A stretch of 64,000 nt of DNA, from contig JAWMAR010000710.1 in the NCBI GenBank assembly GCA_036785375.1, positions 248,001 through 312,000 of the forward strand, in the 5' to 3' direction. The translations under genes were made by a program, and so were the position numbers. Positions 11,521 through 25,335 of this stretch are shown one piece after another. Positions within the stretch are counted from its first letter, which is position 1; every line of letters begins with the position of its first letter. Source of the stretch: Leucoraja ocellata (lineage: Eukaryota). The notes beneath the pieces were generated by a model. That model worked only from the letters and a program-made list of their open reading frames with translations, made no database searches and was not told the origin of the DNA.

Positions 11521-14500
11521 TTATATATGTTTCTATAAGAACCCCCTCATCCTTCTAAACTCCAGTGAGTACAAACCTAGCCTTTTCAATCTTTCCTCAT
11601 ATGACAGTCCCACCATCCCAGGGATCAATCTCGTGAACCTACGCTGCACCGCCTCAATCACAAGGATGTCCTTCCTAAAATTAGGAGACCAAAACTGTAC
11701 ACAATACTCCAGATGTGGTCTCACCAGAGCCCTATACAAATGCAGAAGAACCTCTTTACTCCTATACTGAAATCCTCTTGTTATGAAGGCCTACATTCCA
11801 TTAGCTTTCTTCACTGCCTGCTGTACCCGCCAGCCCACTTTCAGTGACCGGTATACAAGGACGCCCAGGTCTCGCTGCACCTCCCCCTTACCTAACCTAA
11901 CCCCATTGAGATAATAATCTGCCCCCTTGTTTTTGTCACCAAAGTGTATAACCTCACATTTATCTGAATTAAACTGCATCTGCCACACATCTGCCCACTC
12001 ACTCAACCTGTCCAGGTCACCCTGCAACCTCCTAACATCCTCTGCACAGTTCACACTGCCACCCAGCTTTGTGTCATCCACAAACTTGCTGGTGTTGCTC
12101 CTAATTCACTCTTCCAAATCATGAATATATTTGTTAAACAGTTGCGGCCCCATCACCGAGCCTTGCGGCACTCCACGCGCCACTGCCTGCCATTCTGAAA
12201 AGGACCCGTTCACTCCTACTCTTTGCTTCCAGTCTGCCAACCAATTTTCTATCCATGTCAACACCCTACATCCAATACCATATGCTCTAATGTTGGTCTC
12301 CAGTCTCCCGTGCGGGACCTTATCAAAGGCTTTATGAAAGTCTACATACGCTACATCCACTGGCACCCCTTCATCCATTTTACTTGTCACATCCTCAAAA
12401 AATTGCAAAAGATTAGTCAAGCATGATTTCCCTTTCATAAATCCATGGTGACTTGGACTAATCCTTTTACTGCTATCCAAATACCCCATTATTATCTCTT
12501 CAATAATTGACTTTCCCACCACCGAAGGCAGACTAACTGGTCTGTAATTCCCCATTTTCTCTCTTGCTCTTTTCTTGAAAAGTGGGATAACATTAGCTAT
12601 CCTCCAATCCATAGGAACTGATCTTGAATTTATTGAACATTGGAAAATGATCACCAATGCGTCCACTATTTCTAGAGCCACCTCCCTGAGGACCCTGGGA
12701 TGCAGACCATCAGACCACCAGGGGATTTATCATCCTTCAATCCCATTAGCCTACCCAATAATATTTCTCACCTAATTAAAATTTATTTCAGTTCCCCTAC
12801 CCCCTTAGATGCTCTGTCCTCCAGTACATCAGGGAGATTGTTTGTGTCTTCCTTAGTGAAGACAGATCCGAAGTATCTATTCAACTCTTCTGCCATTTCC
12901 TTGTTGCCCATAATAATTTCACCCATGTCTGCCTTCAAGGGACCCACATTTGACTTTGCTACTCTTTTTCCCTTAACATATCTGAAGAAGCTTTTACTGT
13001 CCTTCTTTATATTCTTGGCCAGCTTCTCCTCGTACGTCATCTTTTCAGCCGTATTACCCGTTTAGTTTACTTCTGTTGTCCTATGAAAGTTTCCCAATCC
13101 TCTGGCTTCCGGCTACTCTTCGCTGTGTTATACATCTTTTCTTTTAGTTTTATTCTATTCCTAACTTCTCTTGTCAGCCACGATTGCCTCCTACTCCCCT
13201 TAGAATCTTTCTTCCTTTGTGGAATGAAATGATCCTGATTCTTCCGGAGTATGCCCAGAAATTCCTGCCATTGCTGTTCCACCGTCATTCCTGCTTGGAT
13301 CCCTTTCCAGTCTACCTTGGCCAGCTTCCCTCTCATGCCTTCATAGTCCCCTTTGTTCAACTGCATTACTGACACTTCCGATTTAACCTTCTCCTTCTCA
13401 AATTGCAGATTAAAACTAATCATATTATGATCACTACCTCCAAGCGGTTCCTTTACCTCAAATTCTCTTATCATATCTGGTTCATTGGACAACATTAAAT
13501 CCAGCATTGCCTTTTCTCTGGTCGGCTCCATTACAAGCTGTTCTAAGAATCCATCTCGGAGGCATTCTACAAACTCTCTTTCTTGGGGTCCTGAACCAAC
13601 CTGATTTTCCCAGTCTACCTGCATATTGAAATCCCTCATCACCATAGTGGCATTACCTTTGTTACATGCCAGTTTTAACTCCTTACACCCTACATCAGGG
13701 CTACTATTTGGGGGTCTGTAAATAACACCAATTAGTGTCTTCTTGACTTTACAATTCCTCAACTCAATCCACAGTGACTCTACCTCGTCAGTCCCTATGT
13801 CTTCCCTTGCAAGGGACTGAATTCCAGCCCTCACCAGCAGAGCTACCCCTCCTCCTCTGCCCACCTGCCTGTCCATTCTATAGGATGTATAACCCTGAAT
13901 ATTAAGTTCCCAGGCCCGATCCCCCTGCAGCCACATTTCAGTAATCCCCACAATGTCATGTCTGCCAGCCTCTAACTGAGCCTCAAGCTCATCTACTTTA
14001 CTTCTTATACTTTGCGCATTCATATACAATGCTTTTAATTCCTTACGCATCTCACCTTTCACATCGATCCCTATTACACTTGGCCATACTCTCCTATTCC
14101 TTTGTGAGCTTCCTTTCCCGTTAATTCTAGGGGCATTAACTCTCCCTTTACTCTCTTTCCCTTTAACTCCGTCCTCGACTATCCCATTTGACACCCCACC
14201 CCCCTTATTCAATTTAAAACCAACCATGTACACACAGTGGACCCAAGTTACAGACTTCTTGGATTTATATTGGGATTGGTAGTCTGCTTGGGCAAGCTTC
14301 AAAAATGTTTCTTCACAATTTAAAGGGATTGAGCAGTAAATAAGCAAATGATCAGCACCAAATGTAGGCGGGTTCCCTTTAATTTATTTAATTAGCGGTT
14401 CTCACGTGAGCCTCTCTGCTCCCCCTCAACCCCCCCCCCCCCAAGGAGGGTGGAGTGCAACCTCCACCCTCCTCCAGACCTCATCACTTTCACCCAATCA

Positions 14501-14869
14501 AGAACCCCACACACCCATCACGCAACAGCCTCTCCACCCATTGATCACATGATCGGACAGTATACATCCAACAATCAGTCGACACAACCCACTCCCACCA
14601 ATCAAATAAAAGACAGACGACCAGTCCAAGACACCACCCACTTCCCACCACCACGACTGTTGGCAGCGACCCTCACCCCGAGTCTACTTCCCATTAATGA
14701 CCCAACCCCCAACACATTGTGATGGTGCTTCAAACTCAGGGAATGCACAGGTGGTGGAGTGGCAAAGGGATTTTTTTTTTTAATTGTGAATTAACATGTG
14801 TTTTATCAGGGCAATTTTTTAATGAGTAAAATACAACTATATTTGAGTAGCAGTTCTATTGAAATTATA

Positions 14870-15180
14870 GCCCTGTCCCACAGTGGAAGTTCATTCCAAG
14901 AGCTCTCCCGAGTTTTAAAAAATCAAACTCGTGGTAAGCACGGAGAATGAACATAGCGGGTACGTCGGAGCTCATCTCTTAGTGCTGACGGCAGGTACTC
15001 GGGAAAACTCGCTAATGGCAGGTAGCACGGGAAGACTCATGAAGATTTGTCAACATGATGAAAAATGTCCATGAGAGCCCCGAGTACTGACGAGTGGCCA
15101 TTACCGTATATCTCCGAGTTCGATTGAAGGCAAACTAGGGGGAACTCTTGGAATGAACTTGTACCGTGGGACAGGGATTT
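14870..15180. mobile_element. PIF/Harbinger-like MITE
   Basis: TIRs CCCTGTCCCAC..AAGTTCATTCCAAGAG at both ends; a partial related copy lies at 39230-39400. Confidence 0.7.
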
Positions 15181-15298
15181 AAATCTTTTTTCAGAGTAAA
15201 ATATTTGGAGAAACATGTGCTGAAATCAAAGTCTGCATGAAAGTGAGTACTTTAGCCCAATGACTTTACCATTCATATTCCAATATTCAGTCTCCTAC

Positions 15299-15637
15299 CT
15301 GTAACTGTGATTAGATCAATGGTGACATATTTATTTGATCCTATGTAGCATGTGTAAACTCCAGCATCTGCAAACTGCACGGGGACAATCCGCACACGGA
15401 AATTCGTGCCATTCACATTTCCCTCTGTGGTTTTCAGTCGATTCCCAAAGTAACTCATGTCGACATGGATCGGCTCAGACCTGTGAGAAGAATCTATTTC
15501 CTTCTCTTGATTTTGGACAAGGTGTGATCTCCAAGTCCATTTGGTTTCATTGAGCGCAAGAGAAGCTTCACAAATCAGGTCGAGTTCACTGTGATCTGTG
15601 ACGGAACGATAAACTGTGTACGTCTTGTTATATAAAT
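15299..15637 (-). CDS. IgSF gene copy 1, D7 exon (V-type, paralog of D3)
   Basis: 339-nt open exon, tcttgcag| and ACAG|gtagg. Encodes LDLIC..KWTW..GNRL..NFRVRIVPVQFADAGVYTC. Confidence 0.9.
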
Positions 15638-16437
15638 CTGCAAGAGAGGGACAGGGAACAAAGAATTAGATTTCCACAGATAGTGAGATACAGATAATCT
15701 GAATTTCCACAGGGACAAACCCCCAGCTCTGGAATGTCAGCTGGGAGGGCCGCACTGAGACAGGAAAGTCGGCTGGGAGCTGCAATACGCTGGCTGCCGG
15801 TCCAGGTGCCCATTGTTCAAACGCCGGGCTGTGCACCAAAGTCCATCTTCCCCAGACACACACCCAGCAAAGTGATGCCGGTGGACTGGAGATAATAAAC
15901 AATCTGTTACCCAGTCTCAGAAATCGATTACAGTGAAATATTTATCACACATTGAACTGGGCATCAGGTTGTTACACAAGGCGAGTCATACAGTGAGAGG
16001 GACATGAAGGAACATTATTTGGAAGATGAGAGTGCCACTGAATGTCAGACACTAAGATCACTGGAGTGAGTGATGAACAACACCCAACCCAAGGAAATGG
16101 CTCAGCCAACAACTGAATTTTGGTGCAGCTGTACATTATCTTGAATAAGTTAATATTCCCATCTACTCTGGACAGAAGACAACTTGCTTCTCTCCATTGA
16201 TTGATGTTATCCCCTTTGATTCATGCAGGAGAATTGAAATTAATCCCTTGGTTCTCCTGTGTAGCTCCATCAATCTTAGTGCCACCATTTTATATTTACA
16301 CCGTGTCCCAGGTTAAAGGCAATGCCAATATCCTGCAGTGAAAGCCCACGGTGAAGTCAGAGCTCACTGTACAATATGTGGAACAGTTTGATATCAGGAA
16401 CTATTTAATACCTGCTGCAAGGCAGCTTTGGACTCAC

Positions 16438-16710
16438 CCTGATCCACTTCAACATTGGTGTCTCCAGTGAGAACAATGGAATCATTTTCCAGCACTTCCC
16501 ATGTGTACAGATTGGGATTTCCTGCTCCAACGTGTTGGATCATCAGATAGATGGTGTTATTCAGATGGATCTGATCAGTGTTGTTTCTCCTGTTCTGCTG
16601 AGATGAGCCTCTTGGTTTCCAGCGAAGACTGACGGTATCTGGGAGTCTGGAGATGGTACAGCTGAGGGTGATGTCACTGCCCATTACTGGCCTCGGTGAG
16701 TCTGCCTCAA
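16438..16710 (-). CDS. IgSF gene copy 1, D6 exon (C2, paralog of D2, F-strand Cys replaced by Trp)
   Basis: 273-nt open exon, tttccacag| and CAGG|gtgagt. Encodes GSDITLSC..SLRW..NLYTW. Confidence 0.88.
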
Positions 16711-17959
16711 CTGTGGAAACAGACACATGACGTGTGGTTCAGTCCAGCATTCTGAACGACTGCGGGCAGAATTGTCTCTTTCCTGCAAACAGAGAGTCGG
16801 CCGAATGTTGAGCATCCGTGCTCAGTGATGTCATCCACACTTCCTGGTAGTGACCACCTGTCCCCCTCGTCCCCCTCGTCTCCCACATCTACCCACTGCT
16901 CCCGATCGACATCATCCAAAGACATTGAGCAGCTTCCACAGGTAGGTTCCCAGCACCAGCTCTGCCTCCTGCCACCTCTCGCAACCCTCCCATGGTCTCT
17001 GTGCTGTCGATGACTTGGCTAACAATGGCCTGGTGAAGCAAGGTCACTGCTGCTGACCTTGAGGAAGCTGCTACAGAGGTTGGGCCCTCTCTGTGGCCAG
17101 GACTTCACTTTCCCAGTGTCAGGGCCAGTTTATGGGAATATCTGTCCTAAATATGGCCATCATATTACCAGAGCTGACATTCATATTAAACCCTCCCCAG
17201 TGACGGAAAATGAAGAAGGGAAAACTGAAAGTTAATGTTAATGTTTTAACAATTTACAGAATCCAATATGTTGGAACACAGATCTTAGATATTGATGGAG
17301 CTAAAATATAAGCATTTTTGACAACATGCTCCAAGAGCCACACCTCATCTTTGGTCTGGGCAAGTTGCTACCTTCTATTGTCAATATGGAACTTCCATCT
17401 ACATAAGGATTATTACCGTCAGGCATCATTGTTTTCCGTTTCCTCTCTGTGTTGAGAGTGTGTCACAGTCGACCAGAACCACATCATCGACAAATTACTC
17501 AGCTACAGTGACTTGATCTTATCCCACCTGCCACAGGTCTTCTCTCTATCAGGAGAAATTCCCTGGTTTTACCACATTTCAATGCTGCCTGGGCTGCTGT
17601 CTTCCTCAAGTCTTTCCCAGAAATTTTGACTGTTTCTCTTTCCGCAAATGCTGCCTGACTTGCTGTGAAATTTTCCAGCCATTTCTGTTATTGAATTAGA
17701 ATGAATGGTGGGGTGGAGGTGTGGGGGTAACAGAGCAGTAAAATGGCTAAACATGTCATTAAAACATTGATGATTCCACATCTGTCAGTCTTGGCCATTT
17801 CCAAATTGTGTGGATATTCATCAATTCATTAACTCTGCAGCATTGTTTATACAAAACTCATCAAATAACTGACCTAATTCCAACAATCTGTCACAAATTT
17901 GTGGAAAACATTACAGAAAAATACATTTGTTTACCCTTTCTGTTCCTTGTCCGACATAC

Positions 17960-18298
17960 CTTTGATCACAAATAGTTCCCACTGTCTCAGGATTTTCCCA
18001 CTGGGCTGTGCCTCATTCCAGGTGAAGAGCCCTGCAAGTTCAAAGATGGGTTTCCTGATCCTCAGATCAAGGGTACCCCAGTCCATATGCATACTCTGGG
18101 AAATGCCTGGTATTTGATTGTACTCATCACTCCATTTTACGGCCCACTGCTGATCTTCTCTGTGAAATGTAGCCAATTGCTTTGTGGTTTGTTGCCCTAA
18201 GTGTGGACTCCATTCCAAGTCAATGGGGCCATTTCCAGGACTGTCTGGTCCTTTCAACACATAGTTGCCTTCCTGGTGGAAAAGGTAAATAGTAGTCC
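17960..18298 (-). CDS. IgSF gene copy 1, D5 exon (cysteine-less V-like domain, paralog of D1)
   Basis: 339-nt open exon, ttctggcag| and AAAG|gtatgt. Encodes YVLKGPDSPG..LEWSPH..LDLRIRKP..AGLFTW..ILRQWELFVIK. Confidence 0.85.
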
Positions 18299-18739
18299 CT
18301 GCCAGAAAAGCAAAATATTGTTTTAATATCAGACGATAACTTCTCAGTCTGATCTATGTCGTACTGAATACTGTGAAATTGTTTTCTTTAAAAAGGTTGT
18401 TAGTTATAGTTTATAGAATGATAGAATTTTATAGCAGTGAAACAGACCCTCTAACCCAGCCCAGCGATGTCGACCAGTGCACTCTTCCATATTTGTCCCA
18501 TCTGTTTTGTCAATTGTCCGCAATGCCAATGTGATTCAAGTGTGATTTGCCCAGCAGTTTTAAATACAACTATATTTTACAACAAGCAGTGAAGTACATC
18601 CATAGAACAGCTTACCATTGCATCACTAATGTAACAATACATCACAGTTAAGATAGACGTTTTATAATTTGATAAGCACATGAGATTGGCATCAGAGGAG
18701 AGCAGAAATGGTACACAGTTACCACAAGTAATGATGTTT

Positions 18740-19015
18740 GGTTTAGTTTTGTTTAGTTAGTTTCAAGATGCAGTGTGGAAACACGTCCTTTGTCCCACCG
18801 GGTGCATGATGGCCACTGATCACCCCACACAATAGTTCTATCCTACACACAAGAGATAATTTACAGAGACCGCTTAACCTACAATCCTGCAAATCTTTGC
18901 AATGTGGGAGGAAACCGGAGGATCTGGAGAAAAGCCATACGATCACAGGGAGAATGTACTAACACCATACAGACAGCACCCTTGGTCAGGATTGAACCCA
19001 GGTCTCTGGCACTGT
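18740..19015 (-). mobile_element. tRNA-derived V-SINE (HE1-like)
   Basis: B-box GGTTCAATCC, V-domain TCCGGTTTTCCTCCCACA, (CTAAA)n tail. Confidence 0.8.
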
Positions 19016-19299
19016 TCACCAGCCCTTGTGAATGTGTGAATTCAGATTATTGAACATATGGTTTGGGGGAAGATTTTGAGAGGAGCTGAGATACATGATG
19101 GTGTGGGGAGATTGTATGGACATTTCACAGTCTCCCAGTCTAATCAAGTCTTCTATGAGAAAAGTGGAGGGAGGGCTGGGTGACCCAACAATGACCAATG
19201 GAGATGGGGCAGAGGAGGGCAGGTTTATTTGCAAACAGCCAGCAGCCATGTCCAATCATCGATGGCAACAGGAGACAGAAGGCGATGACAGAGAGTTGT

Positions 19300-19960
19300 T
19301 TTTACACCTGGATGCCTGTTACTAACGGTGACGAATGGTGTTCCACAAGGATTGGTCCTGGGACCTTGTTGAATCTAATGTACACAAATGTCTTGCAGTG
19401 GATAGCAGTGGATTTGGCAGGCACGATTAGTGAAGTTGTTGATAGTGTGGACAGTGGTCTTATTCTGCAGAGAGATGTCAATGTGTTGGTGAAATGTGCT
19501 GGGAAATGAAAGATGGATCTTAATCCAGAATTTGTGAGGTGATGTGTCCTAGGGGCACAAATGGGGCTAGGACATACACCATGAATTACAAGGTCTGACA
19601 AATTATTGAGAAACAGAGGGACATTGGAGTACGTCCATTGATCCTTGAACGTGGACACACAAATAGATAATGTGGTTGGAAAGGCACACGGGATAGTGTG
19701 TTCATCAGTCAGGACATAGATCACAGAAGTAGGGAAGTTATGCGGCAGATGTGTAAATTTTGGTCAGACCTCAGCTGGAGTACTGTATGCAGTCTGGTCA
19801 CCAAATGACAGGAAGGATGTGGTAGCACTGGAGAAGGTATAGAGGAGATTGACAGGATGCTACTTGAGAAGAGATTAGATAAGCAAAATCTATTTGCCAT
19901 GGAGTTGAGGTCTCTGACGGGACATTATTGACATGTATAACTGGTGAACATGGATGAAAT
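19300..19960 (+). mobile_element. Old CR1 RT fragment
   Basis: Degenerate VTxGVPQG and LQRD motifs plus an RPQLEYC-like stretch. Confidence 0.6.
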
Positions 19961-20473
19961 GGGTAAGCAGCCCATTCCAATGCTGCATGATTCTATGATT
20001 GCACAGTTTATAGTACCACAGGTGGCAGGACTGCTTATGTAAACAGCGTTCTCCATCCAGATATCCTGAACACTCCAGGGTCCAGCTGTGCTCCGAGTGA
20101 GGAGGATCAGTGAGATGGTCTCTTTGTGTTCAACATCGGTCAGTATGGGCATGATGGACTTTGGACAGTGATTCTGGCAGTGGAATTGGTTCAGGGTCAA
20201 ATGGAAAGGCTCTGTTTTGCTGACAGGACCCAATGCTTGTCCCAGCTCTGTCACTATCCCACTTTCCCATCAGTGACACATAGAAAGGTGAAGTTTCAAT
20301 ATTAACCCAGGGGCACGGAGTTATCCCATGGTCCATATTCCCAGGGACTACACCACAGCAAATCATCCCACATAGGCTGCAAAGGAGGAGTGAATACTGG
20401 CAAATAGTGCAATAAGTGACATCAAAATGTGATCCTGATTCTAAGTATGAAGAGCAAATCCTGAGTCACTTAC

Positions 20474-20734
20474 CACTGGTCTCCTGATAGTATGGGACTA
20501 AAAGCCGGGGCAGGTCTTGATGAAACAAACCACATCTCCAATTCCCTCTGCCCCTCTCAACTTTCTGAATAACCAGACTCAGTGATTTCTCTTCCACGGT
20601 CAGTGTCTTTTCTCCAACACATTTGTCATCGCCATTGATCCAAACCAGTCTCATTGACTCAGTGACGTGAGACACAGAGCAGGTCAGGGTAACGTTGTCT
20701 CCCTCAGTCACTGCATCGGACGGTTCAGCTGTGA
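20474..20734 (-). CDS. IgSF gene copy 1, D4 exon (short C2 domain with F-strand WxC motif)
   Basis: 261-nt open exon, tttccacag| and AGTG|gtaagt. Encodes EGDNVTLTC..LVW..LSLVIQKV..GNWRC. Confidence 0.9.
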
Positions 20735-20812
20735 CTGTGGAAACAAGCAGGTTGTTTATATTTTAAACAATTAGTTCATCAGTGAAAACACTGGCAGCAT
20801 TCTGTCTCCTAC

Positions 20813-21157
20813 CTTTCACTGTGATTAGATCAATGGTGATATATAGATATGTTCCTGCTGAACATTTGTAAACTCCAGCATCTTCAAACAAAACTGGGAC
20901 AATCCGCACACTAAAATCCTCGCCTTTGAAGTGTTTCACTGAGGTCATCAGTCGATTCTTAAAAGCTGTATTGGCGACATTGATGGGTTGAGAGAATGTT
21001 GCTGATGCTATTACTTTGTCCTCGTCATTTAGGCGACTAGATGTCCAGGTCCACACGCCAGAAGCAATGTTGAAAACAGGAAGAAAATAGCAAACCAGCT
21101 GGACTTCACTGTGATCTGTGCTGGTGCGGTAAAGTGTGTGACGTTTGCTGTATATGT
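20813..21157 (-). CDS. IgSF gene copy 1, D3 exon (V-type Ig domain)
   Basis: 345-nt open exon, gctatag| and AAAG|gtagg. Encodes VQLVC..WTW..NRL..DFSVRIVPVLFEDAGVYKC. Confidence 0.9.
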
Positions 21158-21349
21158 CTATAGCAGAGAGACAAAAGAATAGAACTCCTTTCAGCATCAC
21201 AGTTACTGAGGCACAGGGGTAATCAGGTAAAAATTCCCAACCAGGTTTTTATTAAAATTCTTTGTGTTTTGTTCATCTGATAAGTTTCAAAATGTGACTT
21301 CTTGCATGAATTCCACACCAAAACACTTCAGGTTTTTTTCTAAATATAA

Positions 21350-21990
21350 AACAGATGCCCACTACAATACAGGCACCAGGCCACCATCTCCCAGAATGTC
21401 ACTGATTTCATCATCTCTGGCGATCACCCATCCACAGTCTCCAACCTAATCGTCCACCAGCCCCTATCTATCTCCTTCTGAAACACCACAAACAGGGCAG
21501 CCCTGGCAGACCCATTGGTTCTGCCTACCCCTGCCCCACATAAATCATTTCCTCCTCTTGTCCAGTCGCGGAGTTCTGAACTGGAGCAACAGCAACTCAT
21601 ATTCTGCTGGAATAGCTTGCAACCCAATGATACAAACATTGAATTATCCAGTGTTTGGTTACTAACATGTAGGCATCCCCCTCCCCCCACATGTCTTCTA
21701 TCGTTATCATATCACACTGGTTCACAATTTTATGTCTGGCCTTTGTCCGACCATTTGTTAATCAACAACCCCCCCCCCCCCCCCCATCACCTATGTCCCC
21801 CTATCACTTGCAGGCCTTGTCACACCCCCAACCCTCTTCCAGCTTTCTACCCCTTTTACAATCAGTCTGAAGAAAGGTCTCGACCCAAAACGTGGGCCAG
21901 GCAGCATCCTGAGATATTGCCCGATTCACCATTATTCAGCACTTTGTCTCTTTTTTGTAAATCAGTATCTGCAGTTCTTCATGTCTACAA
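21350..21990 (+). mobile_element. Penelope fragment with terminal repeat
   Basis: LEQQQLIF..LQP..NIE C-terminus and CTGAAGA..GACCC motif; the paralog at 56650-57540 keeps more RT sequence. Confidence 0.6.
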
Positions 21991-22812
21991 TATATTGGAT
22001 GGTGACCCTTCCACGTTACACCCCGGCAGAGTTTGCAACACTCGTGTCCGTGTTAATGTCTACACAGCAGAGACAGTTCTACAGGGAGCTTGGGGGAGAG
22101 ATGAAGAGCACAGGGTGACCAGGTTACAGAACAAGATGGTGTGAACACATTAACCTGGAATCACAGGAGGACTGACTTCTTCATGGGGTGGGTTTTACAC
22201 AATTATGAGCTGGTCTGGCATCTTAGTGACTCCCCCGTGGGAATGCTGAACGTGTCCTGACCCTCTCGCTCACCCTCATACAGAACCAGCATGTTGCAAA
22301 CATCAGCCCTACCCCACTCTCTTTCACATCAGCTGCCTGCTACCTCTCTTTGCATCCAATCCCAACCTTCACTTCATTCCCATTATTCCCACCATCCCTC
22401 TCCCATTCACACCCATTGATTCCCAACCCTTCCCTCTCCCTGGGTCCTGCTCCTAGCTGAATGCTGATCTGAAGCCCGAGTCTGGAGCAGCTGGAATCAT
22501 TTCAATCTGAAGAAACGTTCTGACCCAAAACGTCACTTATTAATGTTCTCCAGTAATGCCCCACTGAGTTACTCTTACTAAACATATTAGAATTCATTCT
22601 TTCAATATTGTGTATCTGTCAAACAGAGATGAACAGGCAGCTGCTCCACAGGGAGACTTTCTGGAAGCTTCTCCCTGAACACTGAAGCATTTTGTACAAA
22701 TTAGATTTCGGACACAAACTACAATTCTTTACGGGGTGCACACATGATATTATAATGAGCACCAATGGTACAAGTGCATGTTCAATATCTAGTATGAGGT
22801 ATTGACACTCAC

Positions 22813-23082
22813 CCTCAATAACATTAAAATTGGCATTACTTGTATGAACGATTTTTCCATTTTCCTGCACTTCACACACATACAGCTTCCCATCCTCCAC
22901 TGTAACATGTCGAACCATCAGATAGACCGTGTTATTCAGGCGGATCTGATCAGTGTTGCTCGTGTTCTGCTGGGATGAGTCCATTGGTCTCCAGTGAAGA
23001 CTGACTGTATCTGACAGTCTGGAGATGGTGCAGCTGAGTGTGACGTCACTGCCCAGCAGAGGGCTCTGTGGAGTTGCTTCAA
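22813..23082 (-). CDS. IgSF gene copy 1, D2 exon (C2-type Ig domain)
   Basis: 270-nt open exon, ttttcacag| and GAGG|gtgagt. Encodes GSDVTLSC..SLHW..DGKLYVC. Confidence 0.9.
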
Positions 23083-23499
23083 CTGTGAAAAACAGATCAA
23101 TGAGATTCAGAGTGGGTAGTGGTGTGGACAGTCCAATGACTGGGCTCAATCTCACCTCAACTGATAACGTAGACATAAAGACTGAAGAACAACTTCTTTC
23201 CCAGTGATTTCCCAGTGATTTCAGACTCTTGACATCACCTTCACTCGCACTTCCTGGTGGTGCTGTCACATGTTCTTGCAGTTATTGTACCTTAGTTTTA
23301 TTTTGCGTTCATTCAGATAGCTCTGAAAACTCTACACCGTTCTGCTGTGTTGCATTTATTGTGTTTATAATTTTATCCATCATTAACTTTTACTCAATGA
23401 GCTTCATGTGAACAAAAATGTATTTTCATCCTGGTGTTTATGACAATAAACTCATCTGAACCAGTATCGGTCTACACAGTTACATTGTTGCTGTTCAAT

Positions 23500-23800
23500 A
23501 CATTTATTCAAATATTAAAGTAATATTTAGAAGACAATAAAACACAACACAACCCACCACCATAATACAAGCCAAACAATAAACTATTATACAACTATCT
23601 TACAGTCCTTGTCAAGGATGCATTCAACCCCCTGCGGAGCCCAATGGTCCCGGAATTCCCCCAGAGTTCATAGTCCCTCTCCAAAACCACCCGGGCATGG
23701 ACGTAATCCCGGAAAAGCGGCAGGCAGCTGGCTCGGGCAGAGCCCTCATCCACCTGGTGCCATGACTCACAGGTGGCCAACTTGGCCAGGCCTATGAGAG
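23500..23800 (-). mobile_element. Tx1/L1-clade LINE 3' end
   Basis: LFRDYVHARVVLER ORF2 C-terminus; the paralog at 60088-60357 keeps a poly(A) tail. Confidence 0.6.
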
Positions 23801-23859
23801 AAGGTAAAAACTGGCTTTGCGGGGCTGGGAAACTATATGGTTGGAGGCTGTGGAAGGCA

Positions 23860-25335
23860 CATAGCCAGAAGTGATGAAATTAGTGATGGTGTTAGCGGTG
23901 CTGGTCCACACCCTCAAAAACTTCTCCTTTGACTCATTTCACTTCCTCCATGTTCCAGGCGTAGCAATGGGCACCCGCATTGGCCCCAGCTATGACTCCC
24001 TATTGGTTCGGTATGTTGAACAATCCCTGTATCAGGCATACACTGGCCATATCCCCAAACTCTATCTTCATTACATTGATGCTACATCGTTGCTAACTCA
24101 TGCACCCATGCAGAACTCATGGAACATCCACTTCACCACCAATTTTCATCCTGCTTTCACATTTTCCTGGACCATCTCTAACACCTCCCTTCCCTTTCTT
24201 AATATCTCAGTCTCCATCACAAGAAATACACTATTGACTGACATCAATTACAAACCCACTGACTCCCACAACTATCTCAACTACACTTTTACCCACCCTG
24301 CTTCCTGCAAAGACTCTATCCCCTACTTTCAATTCCTCTTTTTACGCCGCATCTGCACTCTAGATGAGATGTTCCATACCATAACATATGAGATGTCCTC
24401 ATTCTTTAGGCAACGGGGTTCCCCTCCTCCATCATTCATGAGGCCCTCACTCTTGTCTCCTCGGTACTCCACAGCTCGGCCCTTGCGTCCTCTCCACCCT
24501 AGTCCCAACAGAGACAGAGTCCCCCTAGTCCCATCAGCACTTGTACACAACATATAATCGTCCTCAATTTTGCCACCACCAACGGGATCCCACCACTAGC
24601 CACATTTCCCCATCTCCAACCCTTCCCACCTTCCGCAGAGACCGTTCCCTCTGCAACTCCCTGGTTAACTCATTCCTTCCCACCCAAACCACCCACTCCC
24701 CAGATACCTTCCTCTGCAACCGCCGAAGATGCAACACCTGTCACTATACCTCCTCCCTTGGCTCTGTCCAGGGACCCCAAAAGCTATTTCAGGTGAGGCA
24801 GAGGTTTTCTTGCACCTCCTCCAACCTAATCTACTGTATTCATTGTTCAAGATTTGGACTCTTTTACATCGGCGAGACCAAAGGCAGACTGGTCGATTGT
24901 TTCACGGAACACCATCGTTCAGCCCACGTGAACCAACATGATCTCCCTGTTGCTGGACACTTCAATTGACCTACCCATTCCTACACAGACCTTTCTGTCC
25001 TCGTTCTCCTTCATTGTCAGAGTGAGGCTAAATGCAAATTGGAGGAACAGCATCTCATATTTCACTGGGGCAGCTTACAGCCCTGTGGTATGAATATTGA
25101 TTTCTCTCACTTCAGGTAGCCCCTGCATTCCCTCGCTCTCCATCCCTCCCCCACCCTATTCACACTAGCTTCTCATTTTCATGCTACAAACAGCCTGTTT
25201 CTTTTATCATCATCACTTTTGTGTATATCTTTCATTCATTGTTCTTTATCTCTCCACATCACTGTCTATATCTCTCGTTTCCCTTATTGCTAACTAGTCT
25301 GAAGAAGAAGGATCTCAACCCGAAACGTCACTTGT
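23860..25335 (+). mobile_element. Penelope-like element (RT C-half + GIY-YIG endonuclease + terminal repeat)
   Basis: GVAMGT..GPSY, LPFL, YKPTDSHNYL, NLIYCIHC..YIGETKGRL..EH..VAGHFN. Confidence 0.88.

Larger units (their letters stand above)
6011..14225 (-). mobile_element. CR1 LINE, near-complete but disrupted ORF2 (APE endonuclease + RT), split by a DIRS insertion
   Basis: EN motifs (YMNAQS, GITEMW, IYRPP, DFN, SDHN) at 13067-14050; RT motifs (NYRPVSL, DFHKAFDKV, GVPQGSV, DDTKLGG, RPHLEYC) at 11530-13040; (TTTCTATG)n tail at 6011-6035. Confidence 0.93.
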
